This document shows positions 11,379 through 22,616 of a stretch of 33,667 nucleotides of DNA, piece after piece. The first letter of the stretch is position 1, and every line of letters begins with the position of its first letter. Both the position numbers and the translations under genes were made by a program. The notes under the pieces were generated by a model, which did no database searches, was not told the origin of the DNA, and saw only the letters and a program-made list of their open reading frames with translations. Source of the stretch: Octopus bimaculoides (taxonomy: Eukaryota); contig NC_068982.1 of the NCBI RefSeq assembly GCF_001194135.2, positions 34,602,844 through 34,636,510 on the forward strand. Reading direction: 5' to 3'.

Positions 11379-11595
11379 AAGCCTTGGTAGGAGACATACA
11401 CAGGTACAAAGAAACACACACACACATATTATATACGACAGGCTTCTTTCAGTTTCCGTCTACCAAATGTATTCACAACGTTTTGGTCGGCATGAGGCTA
11501 TAGTAGAAGACACTTACCCAATGTGTCACGCGGTGGAACTGAACCCCAAATCATGTGGTTTGGATGCAAACTTCTTTCCACACATCCACGCCCGT
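11373..11595 (-). mobile_element. SINE family A, 5' half fused in tandem to the previous copy
   Basis: Starts at the central gttgtcaagc motif and runs to the head (gtggaactgaacccc..catgtgg..ccacacatccacgccc). Confidence 0.85.
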
Positions 11596-12030
11596 TAAAA
11601 AATGTACTTACAGACATGTAGATATTACTCCGACCAGCAGAGGATACTCTTCTATGCATCAGTCAGCATTACTTGCAATTATTACTTCATTAGTATAAGA
11701 AGAAAAAAAAAGCATCAGTGGAGTGGTAGAGACATACGTTGCAAATGTTTGCTTGTTGGGTCTTTGTCGTTTACTGTGTTTTGAGGGTGACTCTCTTTAT
11801 TGTTTTTGTAGACAGCATTGTTTGCAAATATCTGAAGAGAAAAACGAAATGTCAGAAATAATTAAACTTCCTCGATTACTTTGGTGAAAAATATACTCCA
11901 GATTGTTCAGAATGCCCCGTATTATATTAAGCTAAATGAAATAAAATATGTCATCTACTTTTAAACGGTAATTATCCAGAATTTTAGAGTTGTCAAAAGC
12001 ATGAAGAAAAATGTTGACAGCTCAGCAGGA

Positions 12031-12068
<38 letters not shown>
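12031..12068. repeat. (AAT)n microsatellite
   Basis: Direct reading. Confidence 0.95.
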
Positions 12069-12072
<4 letters not shown>

Positions 12073-12073
12073 A

Positions 12074-12262
12074 ACACCAGGACTTACAAATATATATAAC
12101 ATACAGAAAATTGCACTACTGGGTACTGCACACATTCTACGCAAAACACTTTCAATACAGTAAACATAAGAGCACCACAGCAAACCACAGCACATACCCA
12201 AGGCGCACAGAGCTGCGCTCGGTAGTGAAGTGAAAGCACGTTATAAAAATAAAACTACTGAA
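12074..12262 (+). mobile_element. 3' stub of an R4/Dong-type RLE non-LTR retrotransposon (second family)
   Basis: TPGLTNIYNIQKIALLGTAHILRKTLSIQ* is homologous to the long element's C-terminus LQETVLLGTARILRRVLGI*. It is followed by a ~100-bp 3' UTR and flanked by (AAT)n on both sides. Confidence 0.8.
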
Positions 12263-12272
12263 CAACAACAAC

Positions 12273-12340
<68 letters not shown>
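12273..12340. repeat. (AAT)n microsatellite between the two RLE elements
   Basis: Direct reading. Confidence 0.95.
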
Positions 12341-12343
<3 letters not shown>

Positions 12344-15300
12344 TAAAAATTAAAAAATGCAGCACACACCACCCTACCAGCACAAAGATGCAACAAATTA
12401 TGCAATAGAAAGTTGCTTGAAACTGTCAGATGTCGAAAAATAATTGTGGTGATGACGTTGGTGATGAACGTTAGGTCACCTCAGTTTATGAGAGACAGGA
12501 GTTTCCGATGAAACTCTGGTTGTAACAGCGAAAATGAAACTAGGTCTTTAAGGGAAGACCTCTCGCTCGGCAGTGGTTCAGTAAAGATGCAGACTGACCA
12601 CAGCTGTTATCCTAATACAGCATTAACAGATGATAGAGTAAGGAGGGGGAGGGGGACCAGCGAAGAAAACAGGATAGGGATGCAGTACTACTTAGAAAGT
12701 GAACCTAAAAGAAGGGACTATAGAAAATGGCTGTTAACACTTTGGGTAGAGAAGGGTATGTTTAAAGTGACTGAGCAGAGATTAACAAATCAAGCTAATG
12801 TTACTAGGAAAAGAAAGTAGATGACAGAATTGGAGGTAGAAGAGATCACAAGAGAACTGGAAAAGAAAGACAAGGCAGTAGGAAAGACAAACAACAACAT
12901 AAGAGATACAGCTCTAATCAAAGAAGAACATAAAGGAATAAATAATAATAGCGCTACCAATAAGGAAGGGAGAACTGGTACCAATGACTTAAGTGATTTA
13001 GGTGACGAAGATCAGAAGATCTTAGATGAGTTGCAGGAAGTAATGAGTAAGAAAAGATTTCCAGCATTAAAAGACACCAACAGAAGGAAACTGCTAGAAA
13101 TGACGAGAAAAGCAGATTCTGTTATCAGTAGGATAGATACTAAAAATATAGGAGACACTAACTTATTGATCTATGCAGGAGGGATAGTAGTCACTAAAAG
13201 ATTAGATATCTCACAGGGAAAGACTAAAAAAGGACCAAAGGCGGAAAGGGTGACCACAAAATGAAGTGAAAACTTGAAGACAAAATCTGAGTAGAATAGA
13301 AACCCGGAAACTGAACAAGTTAGGAAACACAAGATGCAAATCTTCCCTTGAGAAAAGATACTTAGTCAAACATAAAGGATTTGGGACAGTAACAGAAGAG
13401 TTGAAACAGCGTATCACAGCAGGCAAGCTCTCCAGATATCAGAAAAGAATAGATCAGTATCAGCAGAATAGATTATTTGAGACAGACCAGAGGAGATTTT
13501 ATAACCAAATAAATAGTGGAGAACGAAGTACTGAAGAGAAACCTAATGCAGAAGAACCTAGAAAGTTCTGGAGTAATATTTGGGATAAGCCAGTCAATCA
13601 TAATGGAGATGCAGTATGGTTATAGAAAGTGAGGGTGAGAAGTAGTGAGTGAGAAATAGCTACATCTAAGACTAACTAGTGCATTAATGAGTAAAATGTT
13701 AGGAAAAATGCCAAATTGGAAGGGTCCAGGACCAGCTTTAATTCAAGGGTACTAGCTAAAGAAATTTAGTAGTTTACATGAGAGGCTAGGGGAACAACTT
13801 TAGAATTGCCATAACGAAAGAATAATACCAGATTGGATGCCTAGAGGGAGGGCAATGCTCCTTATGAAAGATAAGAGCAAGGGTAATACAGCTAGCAATT
13901 ATAGATCAATCACTTGCTTACCGTTAGTATGGAAGCTGTTAACTGGAATGCTTTCAGAAAGCATTTACAAGCACCTTGACAACTAGAATTTACTGCCAGA
14001 AGAACAGAAAAGTTGTAGGAAGAAGGCGAGAGGAACGCATGATCGATTATATATAGACAAAGCAGTTCTAAATGAAGTAAGGGCTAGAGAGAAAAATCTA
14101 ACAATAACATGGATAGATTATAGGAAAGTCTATGACATGGTGCCTTACTCATGGATAAGTGAATGTTTGAGTATATTCAGTATAGCAAACAACATAAGAA
14201 AATTAATTCACCTTAGCATGAAGAAATGGAAAGCGGATCTTTACTCAGGTAACACACATTTAGAGAAAGTTAATATCGAAAGACGAATTTTCCAGGTGAA
14301 CCTGTTGTCCCCTTTAATATTTGTCTTGTTTGATCCCCCTCAGTTTAATATTAAGGAAGGCAAAAGCAGGATATCAGTTCAGAACTAGTAAGAGAAAGAC
14401 TAACCATTTGCTTTATATGGATGATCTGAAGCTTTTTGGTAAGAACGAAAAAGAGATAGATTCCTTAATACAGACTGTAAGACTCTTCAGCAAAGATATA
14501 AACATGGAATTTGACATAGATAAGTGTATAGTATTAGTCATGAGAAGAGGATAGGTAGTTAACAGTGAAGGCATCGAATTACCAGATGGCCAGACATTAA
14601 AATCATTGAAAGGAGGAGAGTTATAACTATGTAGGTGTATTAGAATCTGACATAGTACTAAGTTTAGAAATGAAAACGAAAATTGAGAGGGAGTACATCA
14701 GCTGGGTAAGGAAGCTAATGAAGTCAAAGCTAAATGGTTCGAATCTAATGAAGGATGTAAATACTTGAGCAGTATCATTACTTAAATACTTAGCAGCTTT
14801 TGTAGATTTGACAAAAACTGAATTAGCAAAGCTAGACAGAAGAACTAGCAAGGAATGCGGTATGAATGGAGGACTCCACCCAAGGGCAGGAGTAGCAACA
14901 TTATATTTATCTAGAAAGAAGGCAGAAGAGGTTTAATATCAGTAGAACACTCCTTGGAGTTAGCTAGAGTAGATATAGACTCCTATGTAGGTAATAGGGA
15001 AGAAAGTTTACTAAAAGCTGCTAGAACCACAACAAGACCCAAACGAAGTTAAAAACCAGAAGAAAGAACAAAAGTTCTCTGACTGGCAGGAGAAGGCGTT
15101 GCATGGTAGATTCCCAAAGACAGTTTCAGCAAACAGTAGTAGTGTGACATGGTTATGGTTGCAGAAAGGAAAGCTGAAAAGGGTGACAAAAAGTTTGTAA
15201 GTAGCTTCACAAGATCATGCATTGAGGGCTAATTGGATAAAAGCCAAGATAGACAAAAACCAAGTAGATTCCCAATGTAGGTTATGCAGATCAAACTAGG

Positions 15301-15537
15301 AAAGCGTTACTTATATAGTATGTGAATGTAGCATTCTGGCACAGAAAGTATACAAGAAAAGACATGACAAACGAGGAAGAGCAATCCACTGGGAGCTATG
15401 TAGAAAGCTAGGGTTTGAACAAACCGGTAAATGGTATGAACATGAACCTAGTAAAGTACTAGAAAGTAAGAAATACAAGATGTTGTAGTATTTTAACATT
15501 CAGACTGACAAAGTAATAGAAGCCAGAAGGCCTGATT

Positions 15538-15607
<70 letters not shown>

Positions 15608-15985
15608 AGTAGTAGTAGTAGATAAAGAAAATAGAAAGTGCCAGACAATTGACTTTACAATCCCAAATGATGAAAAAAATTAATATGAGAGGTATAGAGA
15701 AAATAGCAAAGTACCAGGACCTAGACATTGAATTACAGAGACTGTAGTAAGTGCGGTTAAAATGTATCCCAATAGTTATAGGTACATTGGGAAGTATCCC
15801 TAAAGATCTGAACAAATGGATAGAGGAAATAGGAATAAAACCCAGTTTAGTACAGCTGCAAGAAACAGTGTTATTAGGGACAGCTAGGATACTTAGGAGG
15901 GTTCTTGGCATCTAAGGTTACTTGTTGCAGCCCGATGTTAGGATTTTTTTTCTTTTCCAGCAGTCTAATCTGTTGTGTATATGAA
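12341..15985 (+). mobile_element. Near full-length degenerate R4/Dong-clade non-LTR retrotransposon (single ORF: RT, CCHC knuckle, restriction-like endonuclease)
   Basis: Broken ORF ~12587-15915: NYRSITCLPLVWKLLTG, TWIDYRKVYDMVPYSW, QVNLLSPLIF, HLLYMDDLKLF (RT); CRLCRSN*ESVTYIVCEC (CCHC-like); RRPDL(V)nDKENRKCQTIDFTIP..KYQDL (RLE). Many stops and frameshifts. Confidence 0.92.
15540..15620. repeat. (GTA)n expansion, 27 in-frame Val codons inside the RLE motif
   Basis: 81 nt between cct gat tta and gat aaa gaa. Confidence 0.95.
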
Positions 15986-16162
15986 TCCTTCCTATTAAAG
16001 GCACAACGCCTGCAATTAAAATCTTTTTTGTAGGTTGGGGAACTAGTTGATTACATCGACTCCAGTGTTCCACTGGTACTTAATTTATCGACTCTGAAAG
16101 AATGAAAGGCAAAGCTGACACCGGCTGAATTTGAGCTCAGAACGTAACGACGGGTGAAATGC
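15984..16162 (-). mobile_element. SINE family B, head truncated
   Basis: aatccttcctattaaaggcacaacgcctg...actggtacttaatttatcgac...atttgagctcagaacgtaacgacgggtgaaatgc. Confidence 0.85.
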
Positions 16163-16399
16163 AGCTCAAAGATCGCCGTTTTAACACTGTTGTCGAGATC
16201 CAGAGCGAATCGCTGAAGGTCCTCGACTCGCTTACGGAAAATAACTTCCAGGCCAGATTCCAAAAGTGGTAGGAACGCTGGAACCAGTGTATTGCTGCGC
16301 AAGGTGACTGTTTCGAAGGAGATGATGTTAAAAGTTAGGTAAATAAGTTATTTTCTGTTAAACATAACTAGTCCAGGAACCTTTTGATACCACCTCGTA
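16157..16399 (+). mobile_element. mariner-type transposon 3' end (transposase C-terminus and right TIR)
   Basis: QLKDRRFNTVVEIQSESLKVLDSLTENNFQARFQKW*ERWNQCIAAQGDCFEGD is a typical mariner C-terminus. It ends ttttgataccacctcg-TA (reverse complement TAcgaggtggtatcaaaa). Confidence 0.85.
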
Positions 16400-16429
16400 A
16401 GTGACTATAATACTGAAAATGGGGCGCCT

Positions 16430-16800
16430 CTGTTTCTACTTCTGTTCCATCTAATCTCAGAGCTTCCACTGTTAGTGTTGTAAGAAGCAGCAACCGTAAC
16501 ATCTGCTATAGTTTACATTTCTATCATTCAAGGATTTCTCCTCCACTTTTTCTGTTTTTCTTCTTTGCTTTCTTCTTCTAGGCAGACTACAACTGAACAC
16601 ATTCTTGTAAGTCACTTTTACATTTTCTATCTTCTTGTACTGTTCCTCAATGGTGACAGCGAATCACTGGATCATGCTGGCACCAATATCTTTGATTCTA
16701 ACCTTTTATTTTTCCTGTTCATGTACTGCAGTACCTGCATATTGGCTGGCAAGCAACGCACATTTCATGTCTCACTTTTTTCTCTGTTCCCAATCTTTTG
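16430..16800 (-). mobile_element. Highly degenerate non-LTR RT remnant (RTE-like)
   Basis: Minus strand atccag-tgattcgctgtcaccattg gives IQ(G)DSLSPL with a 1-bp deletion, followed by ESKEEKQKKWRR..VNYSR and DGTEVETEAPHFQY, in the order expected for an RTE RT. Confidence 0.45.
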
Positions 16801-17119
16801 TATGTCCACCGTTGAACAAGAGAACGAACATCCTTCCACACATCGATAGAATCCTCTGGTTTTAGAACATATCGTAAAACTCCTTGTTATTACTAAAAAA
16901 AACAGAGATATGCTTTTTCCTCCTTGCTTTTTCTTTTTAAATAAAATCCTTGAAAAAAGTGTTATTCTGTCAGCGACATACATCGTTCACATTTACCTCG
17001 TGCTCGTTTCTTCTTGGGTCTGCCTTATATTCAGTACCTCTAGTGACCCATGACGTTAGCAAACGATACACTCTTGTAACGCTACTGTTATTGTTGCTCT
17101 CGTTAGACTTCATACTACT

Positions 17120-17359
17120 TTACTCTTTTACACGCTGCAGTCATTCATTTGACAGCAGTCATGCTAGAGCACCACCTTAAAGGGTTCTAGTTAAAGAAAT
17201 CGACCGCAGGACTTATTCTTTGTAATCTTAGTACTTATTCTATCAGTCTCTTTTGCCGAACCGCTAATTTACGGGAAACACCATCATCCGTTGTCAAGCG
17301 ATCGTGGGGGAACAAACACAGACACAAACACACACACACACACGCACCCCCACACACCC

Positions 17360-17432
<73 letters not shown>

Positions 17433-17460
17433 CAACCAAATCTACTCACAAGGCTTTGAA
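17120..17460 (-). mobile_element. SINE family A, head truncated
   Basis: atgctagagcaccacc..ggacttattctttgtaa..ttttgccgaaccgctaa..gttgtcaagcg, (CA)n, ccaaatctactcacaaggcttt. Confidence 0.88.
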
Positions 17461-17547
17461 ATACTAAAGAGCTCTTTTCCATGAGATAATCAGGGCAAAA
17501 ATTACTTCCTTAATGTCAGAGACGTCTATATGCATCTATCATAATAA

Positions 17548-17752
<205 letters not shown>

Positions 17753-18061
17753 AATATGGTAAATGAATAAATAAATCCTGGGAGGATTCGAGGTGTTGAA
17801 ATAATATAAAGAGTATAAACATTGTCATCCAGATCTTTCTCCAGCAAACATTCACAGATCAGAAATATCAAGTACTGTTTGCTAAATCTTGAGGTTATGT
17901 TCCATGTTTATGGCCAACGTCGGAAATTATATCAAAAGATGATGTCAAAGGAAGGCCATGTGTTAAGAGCCGAAACCAAGTGCACTACGCGTATGTTATA
18001 TACACAAATAACTACATATGCATGTATGTGTGCGTTTATGGATATGTGTATGTATATATGA

Positions 18062-18122
<61 letters not shown>

Positions 18123-18414
18123 CGTTCGAATATATAGATACTGATAAATACAAACAAGTATATTAACATATATCTGTCATTGCTTGTTCTCCCGCCTGCA
18201 CGTGTGGGTACATATGTGAATAATGTGGAGTAGAACTGAAATTTATTGAAACCGAGTGAATATAGCAAACAAATGATAAATAGGAATTATAGGCACAGCG
18301 AAATTAATAGATACAGGCAGACACGCAGACACTATAGGCAGATAGAAACATAGGGAAAAGTTCTTGTTAATACACAGACACACACACACATATGTGTGTA
18401 TGTATATATATATC

Positions 18415-18720
18415 GAAAGACACCCGTTGATAATGTCCTGTTATTTGTATTTCTGTACCATTTCTCCGTTTTTTTGCCGTCTTTGTTCATGTATACATTC
18501 GCTGCTTTCTTCCAAGGAGTCTAGTGCTCTTAGCTTAGTTTGAGCAATCTCAAGTATAACCAGCCGAAATTGCAAAGATAATCTGTAACTCGACTGAGGA
18601 AAGAAAACTCCGAATGACCCGTCCTTGTTTTCTTTGTATCGTCTGTCTGGATGTTTTATTGTCCCTTTTTTGTATCACCTAACTGTCTGGATGTTTTGCG
18701 CTCTTGTTCCATTTTAGTAT
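18415..18720. repeat. Probable interspersed repeat of unknown class
   Basis: Internal direct repeat tgtctggatgtttt x2 (about 18644 and 18684). Resembles a dispersed octopus repeat from memory only. Confidence 0.35.
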
Positions 18721-19489
18721 TTTATATACAGAGAGAGATAGCGGCGTACGTACACTTTGGTCTCNNNNNNNNNNNNNNNNNNNNNNNNNNNNNNNNNNNN
18801 NNNNNNNNNNNNNNNNNNNNNNNNNNNNNNNNNNNNNNNNNNNNNNNNNNNNNNNNNNNNNNNNNNNNNNNNNNNNNNNNNNNNNNNNNNNNNNNNNNNN
18901 NNNNNNNNNNNNNNNNNNNNNNNNNNNNNNNNNNNNNNNNNNNNNNNNNNNNNNNNNNNNNNNNNNNNNNNNNNNNNNNNNNNNNNNNNNNNNNNNNNNN
19001 NNNNNNNNNNNNNNNNNNNNNNNNNNNNNNNNNNNNNNNNNNNNNNNNNNNNNNNNNNNNNNNNNNNNNNNNNNNNNNNNNNNNNNNNNNNNNNNNNNNN
19101 NNNNNNNNNNNNNNNNNNNNNNNNNNNNNNNNNNNNNNNNNNNNNNNNNNNNNNNNNNNNNNNNNNNNNNNNNNNNNNNNNNNNNNNNNNNNNNNNNNNN
19201 NNNNNNNNNNNNNNNNNNNNNNNNNNNNNNNNNNNNNNNNNNNNNNNNNNNNNNNNNNNNNNNNNNNNNNNNNNNNNNNNNNNNNNNNNNNNNNNNNNNN
19301 NNNNNNNNNNNNNNNNNNNNNNNNNNNNNNNNNNNNNNNNNNNNNNNNNNNNNNATATATATTATACAGACATATGTACAAGAACATATACGTTGGTCAT
19401 CCAGCACCCACATTTTAGTCAGACAGCCTAGAATTTCACGCTTCAATTTTTTCAGTTTTTTTTTTTCGTTATTTAATAATCATTTCAAC

Positions 19490-19688
19490 TGTAGGTACAA
19501 GGCTTGAAATATTGTGGGAGGTGTTAATCGATTACATTGACCCCAGTGCTTAACTGATACTTAATTTATCCACCTCCGAAAGAACGAGAAGTAAAACCGA
19601 CGTAATTTGAACTCAGAACGTAAAGTAGAAAAACGCCACCAAGCGTTTTGTCCGGTGTGCTAATGATTCTGCCAGCTCGTCGTCTTAA
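19490..19688 (-). mobile_element. SINE family B
   Basis: Tail ggtacaaggcttgaaat to head attctgccagctcgtcgtctta. Confidence 0.85.
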
Positions 19689-19689
19689 T

Positions 19690-19865
19690 AATAACTGTCG
19701 CAAATTCTGGTGCAAGGCCAGCAATTTTGGGAAAGGGTCAAGTCGATTACATCGCCCCCAGTGCACGACTCGTACTTATTTCTATCGACCCCGAAAGAAT
19801 GAAAGGCGAAACTGAATTCGGCAGAATTTAAACTCGGACCGTAAAGACGAACGAAACGAGCGGCG
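19690..19865 (-). mobile_element. SINE family B, head truncated
   Basis: gcaaggccagcaattttggg..tcgaccccgaaagaatgaaaggc..atttaaactcggaccgtaaagacg. Confidence 0.85.
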
Positions 19866-19879
19866 TACTTACTAGTCTG

Positions 19880-20078
19880 CTAATTCGCTGTTTAGCGTCA
19901 TTTCTTCCGGTTTCTACGTCCTGGGTTTATATTCTGCCGTGCTCGACTTTACCTTTCATCCTTTTGGGGTCCATGGAATAAGTATCACTTAAGTACTGGG
20001 CTCGATGAAATCCACTGTTCCCATACGCCTTCTACATTCAAATATCAGGCCTTGTGTCTATAGTAAAAAAGATTACTA
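19880..20078 (+). mobile_element. SINE family B, diverged, head-to-head with the previous copy
   Basis: ctcgactttacctttcatccttttggggtc..ggccttgtgtctatagtaaaaaagatta. Confidence 0.8.
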
Positions 20079-20094
20079 TAAGATAAGTATCCAA

Positions 20095-20350
20095 CAACTC
20101 GGTTCTTCTTTTCAAAACCAGAAAATACTTCATTTCTTCCTACTGATATTCTACAAAGCTCAGGTGTACTCACACAAATGGTCATGACTGATTGTGTACG
20201 TGTATGCATCCACACATACAGCTCCGTGTGTATATGTGAGCACACAACAGTTCTTGTGCAGAAACGTCAGACCTCGGGATCTCTTGAACAGCATTAATCT
20301 CACTGATCGAGGAAGGCTTACGAAGGCCATGAACACTACCTTTTCCTCCA
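20095..20350 (+). mobile_element. CR1/L2-like LINE RT C-terminal remnant
   Basis: Across frameshifts it reads LLFKTRKYF..LLIFYKAQV..YSHKW..VQKR..LNSINLTD, matching the RKYF..LYKAQVRPxLEYCSHxW region. Interrupted by CA/TG low complexity. Confidence 0.55.
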
Positions 20351-20409
20351 AACCCAATAAGTAAAAAAAGAAGAAAGAAAAAAGAAAGAAAGAAAGAATG
20401 AAAGAAAGG

Positions 20410-20580
20410 GTACACGGTCTTAAATATATCGACTACGGAAACAAATAGTATTGATTTAATCGATATAGAAAGGATAATAAGAAAATCTCAACCCGCTAGG
20501 ATTTGAATTCATAATGTAAAGAAACGATGTTGAAGCTCTTTGCTTGACGGTTAACCGTTTCTGCTGCTCTACCGCCTTTC
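20410..20580 (-). mobile_element. SINE family B, strongly diverged
   Basis: aatcga..gaaaggat..ggatttgaattcataatgtaaag..gtttctgctgctctaccgcctt. Confidence 0.6.
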
Positions 20581-20714
20581 CTTCTGTTATATCAATGATA
20601 AGTCCTGTAGACATCTGATGTTTTGTTTTTATTCATTTGTTCCTTTGTAACGAAAGAATCCTGCTGGTTAATGTTGGTTAATGCTTCTGTCAGAGATGAT
20701 GATAATGTTGATGA

Positions 20715-20783
<69 letters not shown>
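20715..20783. repeat. (TAG)n microsatellite
   Basis: Direct reading. Confidence 0.95.
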
Positions 20784-21553
20784 GCCTTTTCGTGAGTATA
20801 GTTTGGCTGTGAACCAAGAGCAAAATATGGGTCAAGCGTTCGAGTACTGAATCAGTTTGGTTATGTTCAGGAGATAGGAAAACATTGGGAGAAAGGTTTT
20901 AACAATGACTAAGTTGTTTTGTGATCATATCAGAAAGTCAAAAAAAAAAAAAAAAAAAAAAAAAANNNNNNNNNNNNNNNNNNNNNNNNNNNNNNNNNNN
21001 NNNNNNNNNNNNNNNNNNNNNNNNNNNNNNNNNNNNNNNNNNNNNNNNNNNNNNNNNNNNNNNNNNNNNNNNNNNNNNNNNNNNNNNNNNNNNNNNNNNN
21101 NNNNNNNNNNNNNNNNNNNNNNNNNNNNNNNNNNNNNNNNNNNNNNNNNNNNNNNNNNNNNNNNNNNNNNNNNNNNNNNNNNNNNNNNNNNNNNNNNNNN
21201 NNNNNNNNNNNNNNNNNNNNNNNNNNNNNNNNNNNNNNNNNNNNNNNNNNNNNNNNNNNNNNNNNNNNNNNNNNNNNNNNNNNNNNNNNNNNNNNNNNNN
21301 NNNNNNNNNNNNNNNNNNNNNNNNNNNNNNNNNNNNNNNNNNNNNNNNNNNNNNNNNNNNNNNNNNNNNNNNNNNNNNNNNNNNNNNNNNNNNNNNNNNN
21401 NNNNNNNNNNNNNNNNNNNNNNNNNNNNNNNNNNNNNNNNNNNNNNNNNNNNNNNNNNNNNNNNNNNNNNNNNNNNNNNNNNNNTGGAAACACTCAAGAA
21501 TGTATGATTGTTCTTTCCTTTTTTTCCCTCTCCCCCACTCCGCCTCGCCCCCT

Positions 21554-21584
<31 letters not shown>

Positions 21585-21859
21585 ACATTTTATTGTCTAT
21601 TTTTATTGTCAATTTCATTGTTTTTTTTTGTTCTCTACGCTCCCTCCTTCCAACACCTTTCCTTCTCCGTCTTCCTCCTCCTCCTCCTTAAGCACCTCCT
21701 CCTCCTCCACCTCTTTCTTCTTTTCTATCGGGCAGATGGTATGACGTACGCTTGGAAATAGCAGAGGAATTCGATTCATTTCTAATTGCGCGCAGCAGCG
21801 AAGATTCAGTGGAATGGCCTGTTGCCAGATATACCTTTGATTGACGATTTCACTGTGTT

Positions 21860-21910
21860 TGGTTTCGCCCCGCCTTCCCGGCCATTTTGGTTTTTGCGGG
21901 ATGTAGTTCT
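21860..21910. promoter_or_regulatory. Possible promoter-like motif cluster in a CpG-rich patch
   Basis: gccccgcc (GC box), ccggccatttt (YY1-like) and gggatgtagtt (reverse complement aactacatccc, ZNF143/Ronin-like) within 50 bp. Confidence 0.25.
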
Positions 21911-22022
21911 AATGGCTCAAGTTGATAGATTTCCGACTGCTCACAGCGTTTATTAACTACTTGAAGTTCCGTCAGTTGTTATATTTCTGTTGGATGAGAG
22001 TGTGGGCGTATCTCGGGGAGAG

Positions 22023-22120
22023 TCTTCTTCTTCTTCTTCTTCTTCTTCTTCTTCTTGCTGTTGTTGTTGTTCTTCTTTTTCTACTTGTTGTTCTCCTCCT
22101 CCCTCTACTTCTACTTCTGC

Positions 22121-22152
<32 letters not shown>

Positions 22153-22585
22153 CTTCTTCTTCTTCTTCTTCTTCTTCTTCTTCTTCTTCTTCTTCTTCTT
22201 CTTCTTCTTCGTCTTCTTGTCCTCCTCCTCCTCCTCCTCCTATTTCTGCTTGTTGTTGTTGTTGTTGTTGTTGTTCTTCTTCTTCTTCTTCTTCTTCTTC
22301 TTCTTCTTCTTCTTCTTCTTCTTCTTCTTCTTCTTCTTCCTCCTCCTCCTCTTTCCNNNNNNNNNNNNNNNNNNNNNNNNNNNNNNNNNNNNNNNNNNNN
22401 NNNNNNNNNNNNNNNNNNNNNNNNNNNNNNNNNNNNNNNNNNNNNNNNNNCTGCTTGTTGTTGTTGTTGTTCTTCTTCTTCTTCCTCTTCTTCTTCCTCC
22501 TCCTCCTCCTCCTTCTCCCTCTATTTCTACTGCTTGTTGTTGTTGTTGTTCTTCTTCTTCTTCCTCTTCTTCTTGCTGCTGCTGC

Positions 22586-22616
<31 letters not shown>

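Noticed and set aside
18593-18620. CTGAGGA-aagaaaactc-CGAAT, a hammerhead-like core
   Set aside because: GAAA core is broken (GAAT) and no stems I/III or cleavage triplet could be formed.
20122-20350. Apparent exon pair (ENTSFLPTDIL.. and NVRPRDLLNSINLTDRG..)
   Set aside because: Better explained as a CR1/L2 RT remnant (RKYF..FYKAQV..SHKW); splice phases do not match.
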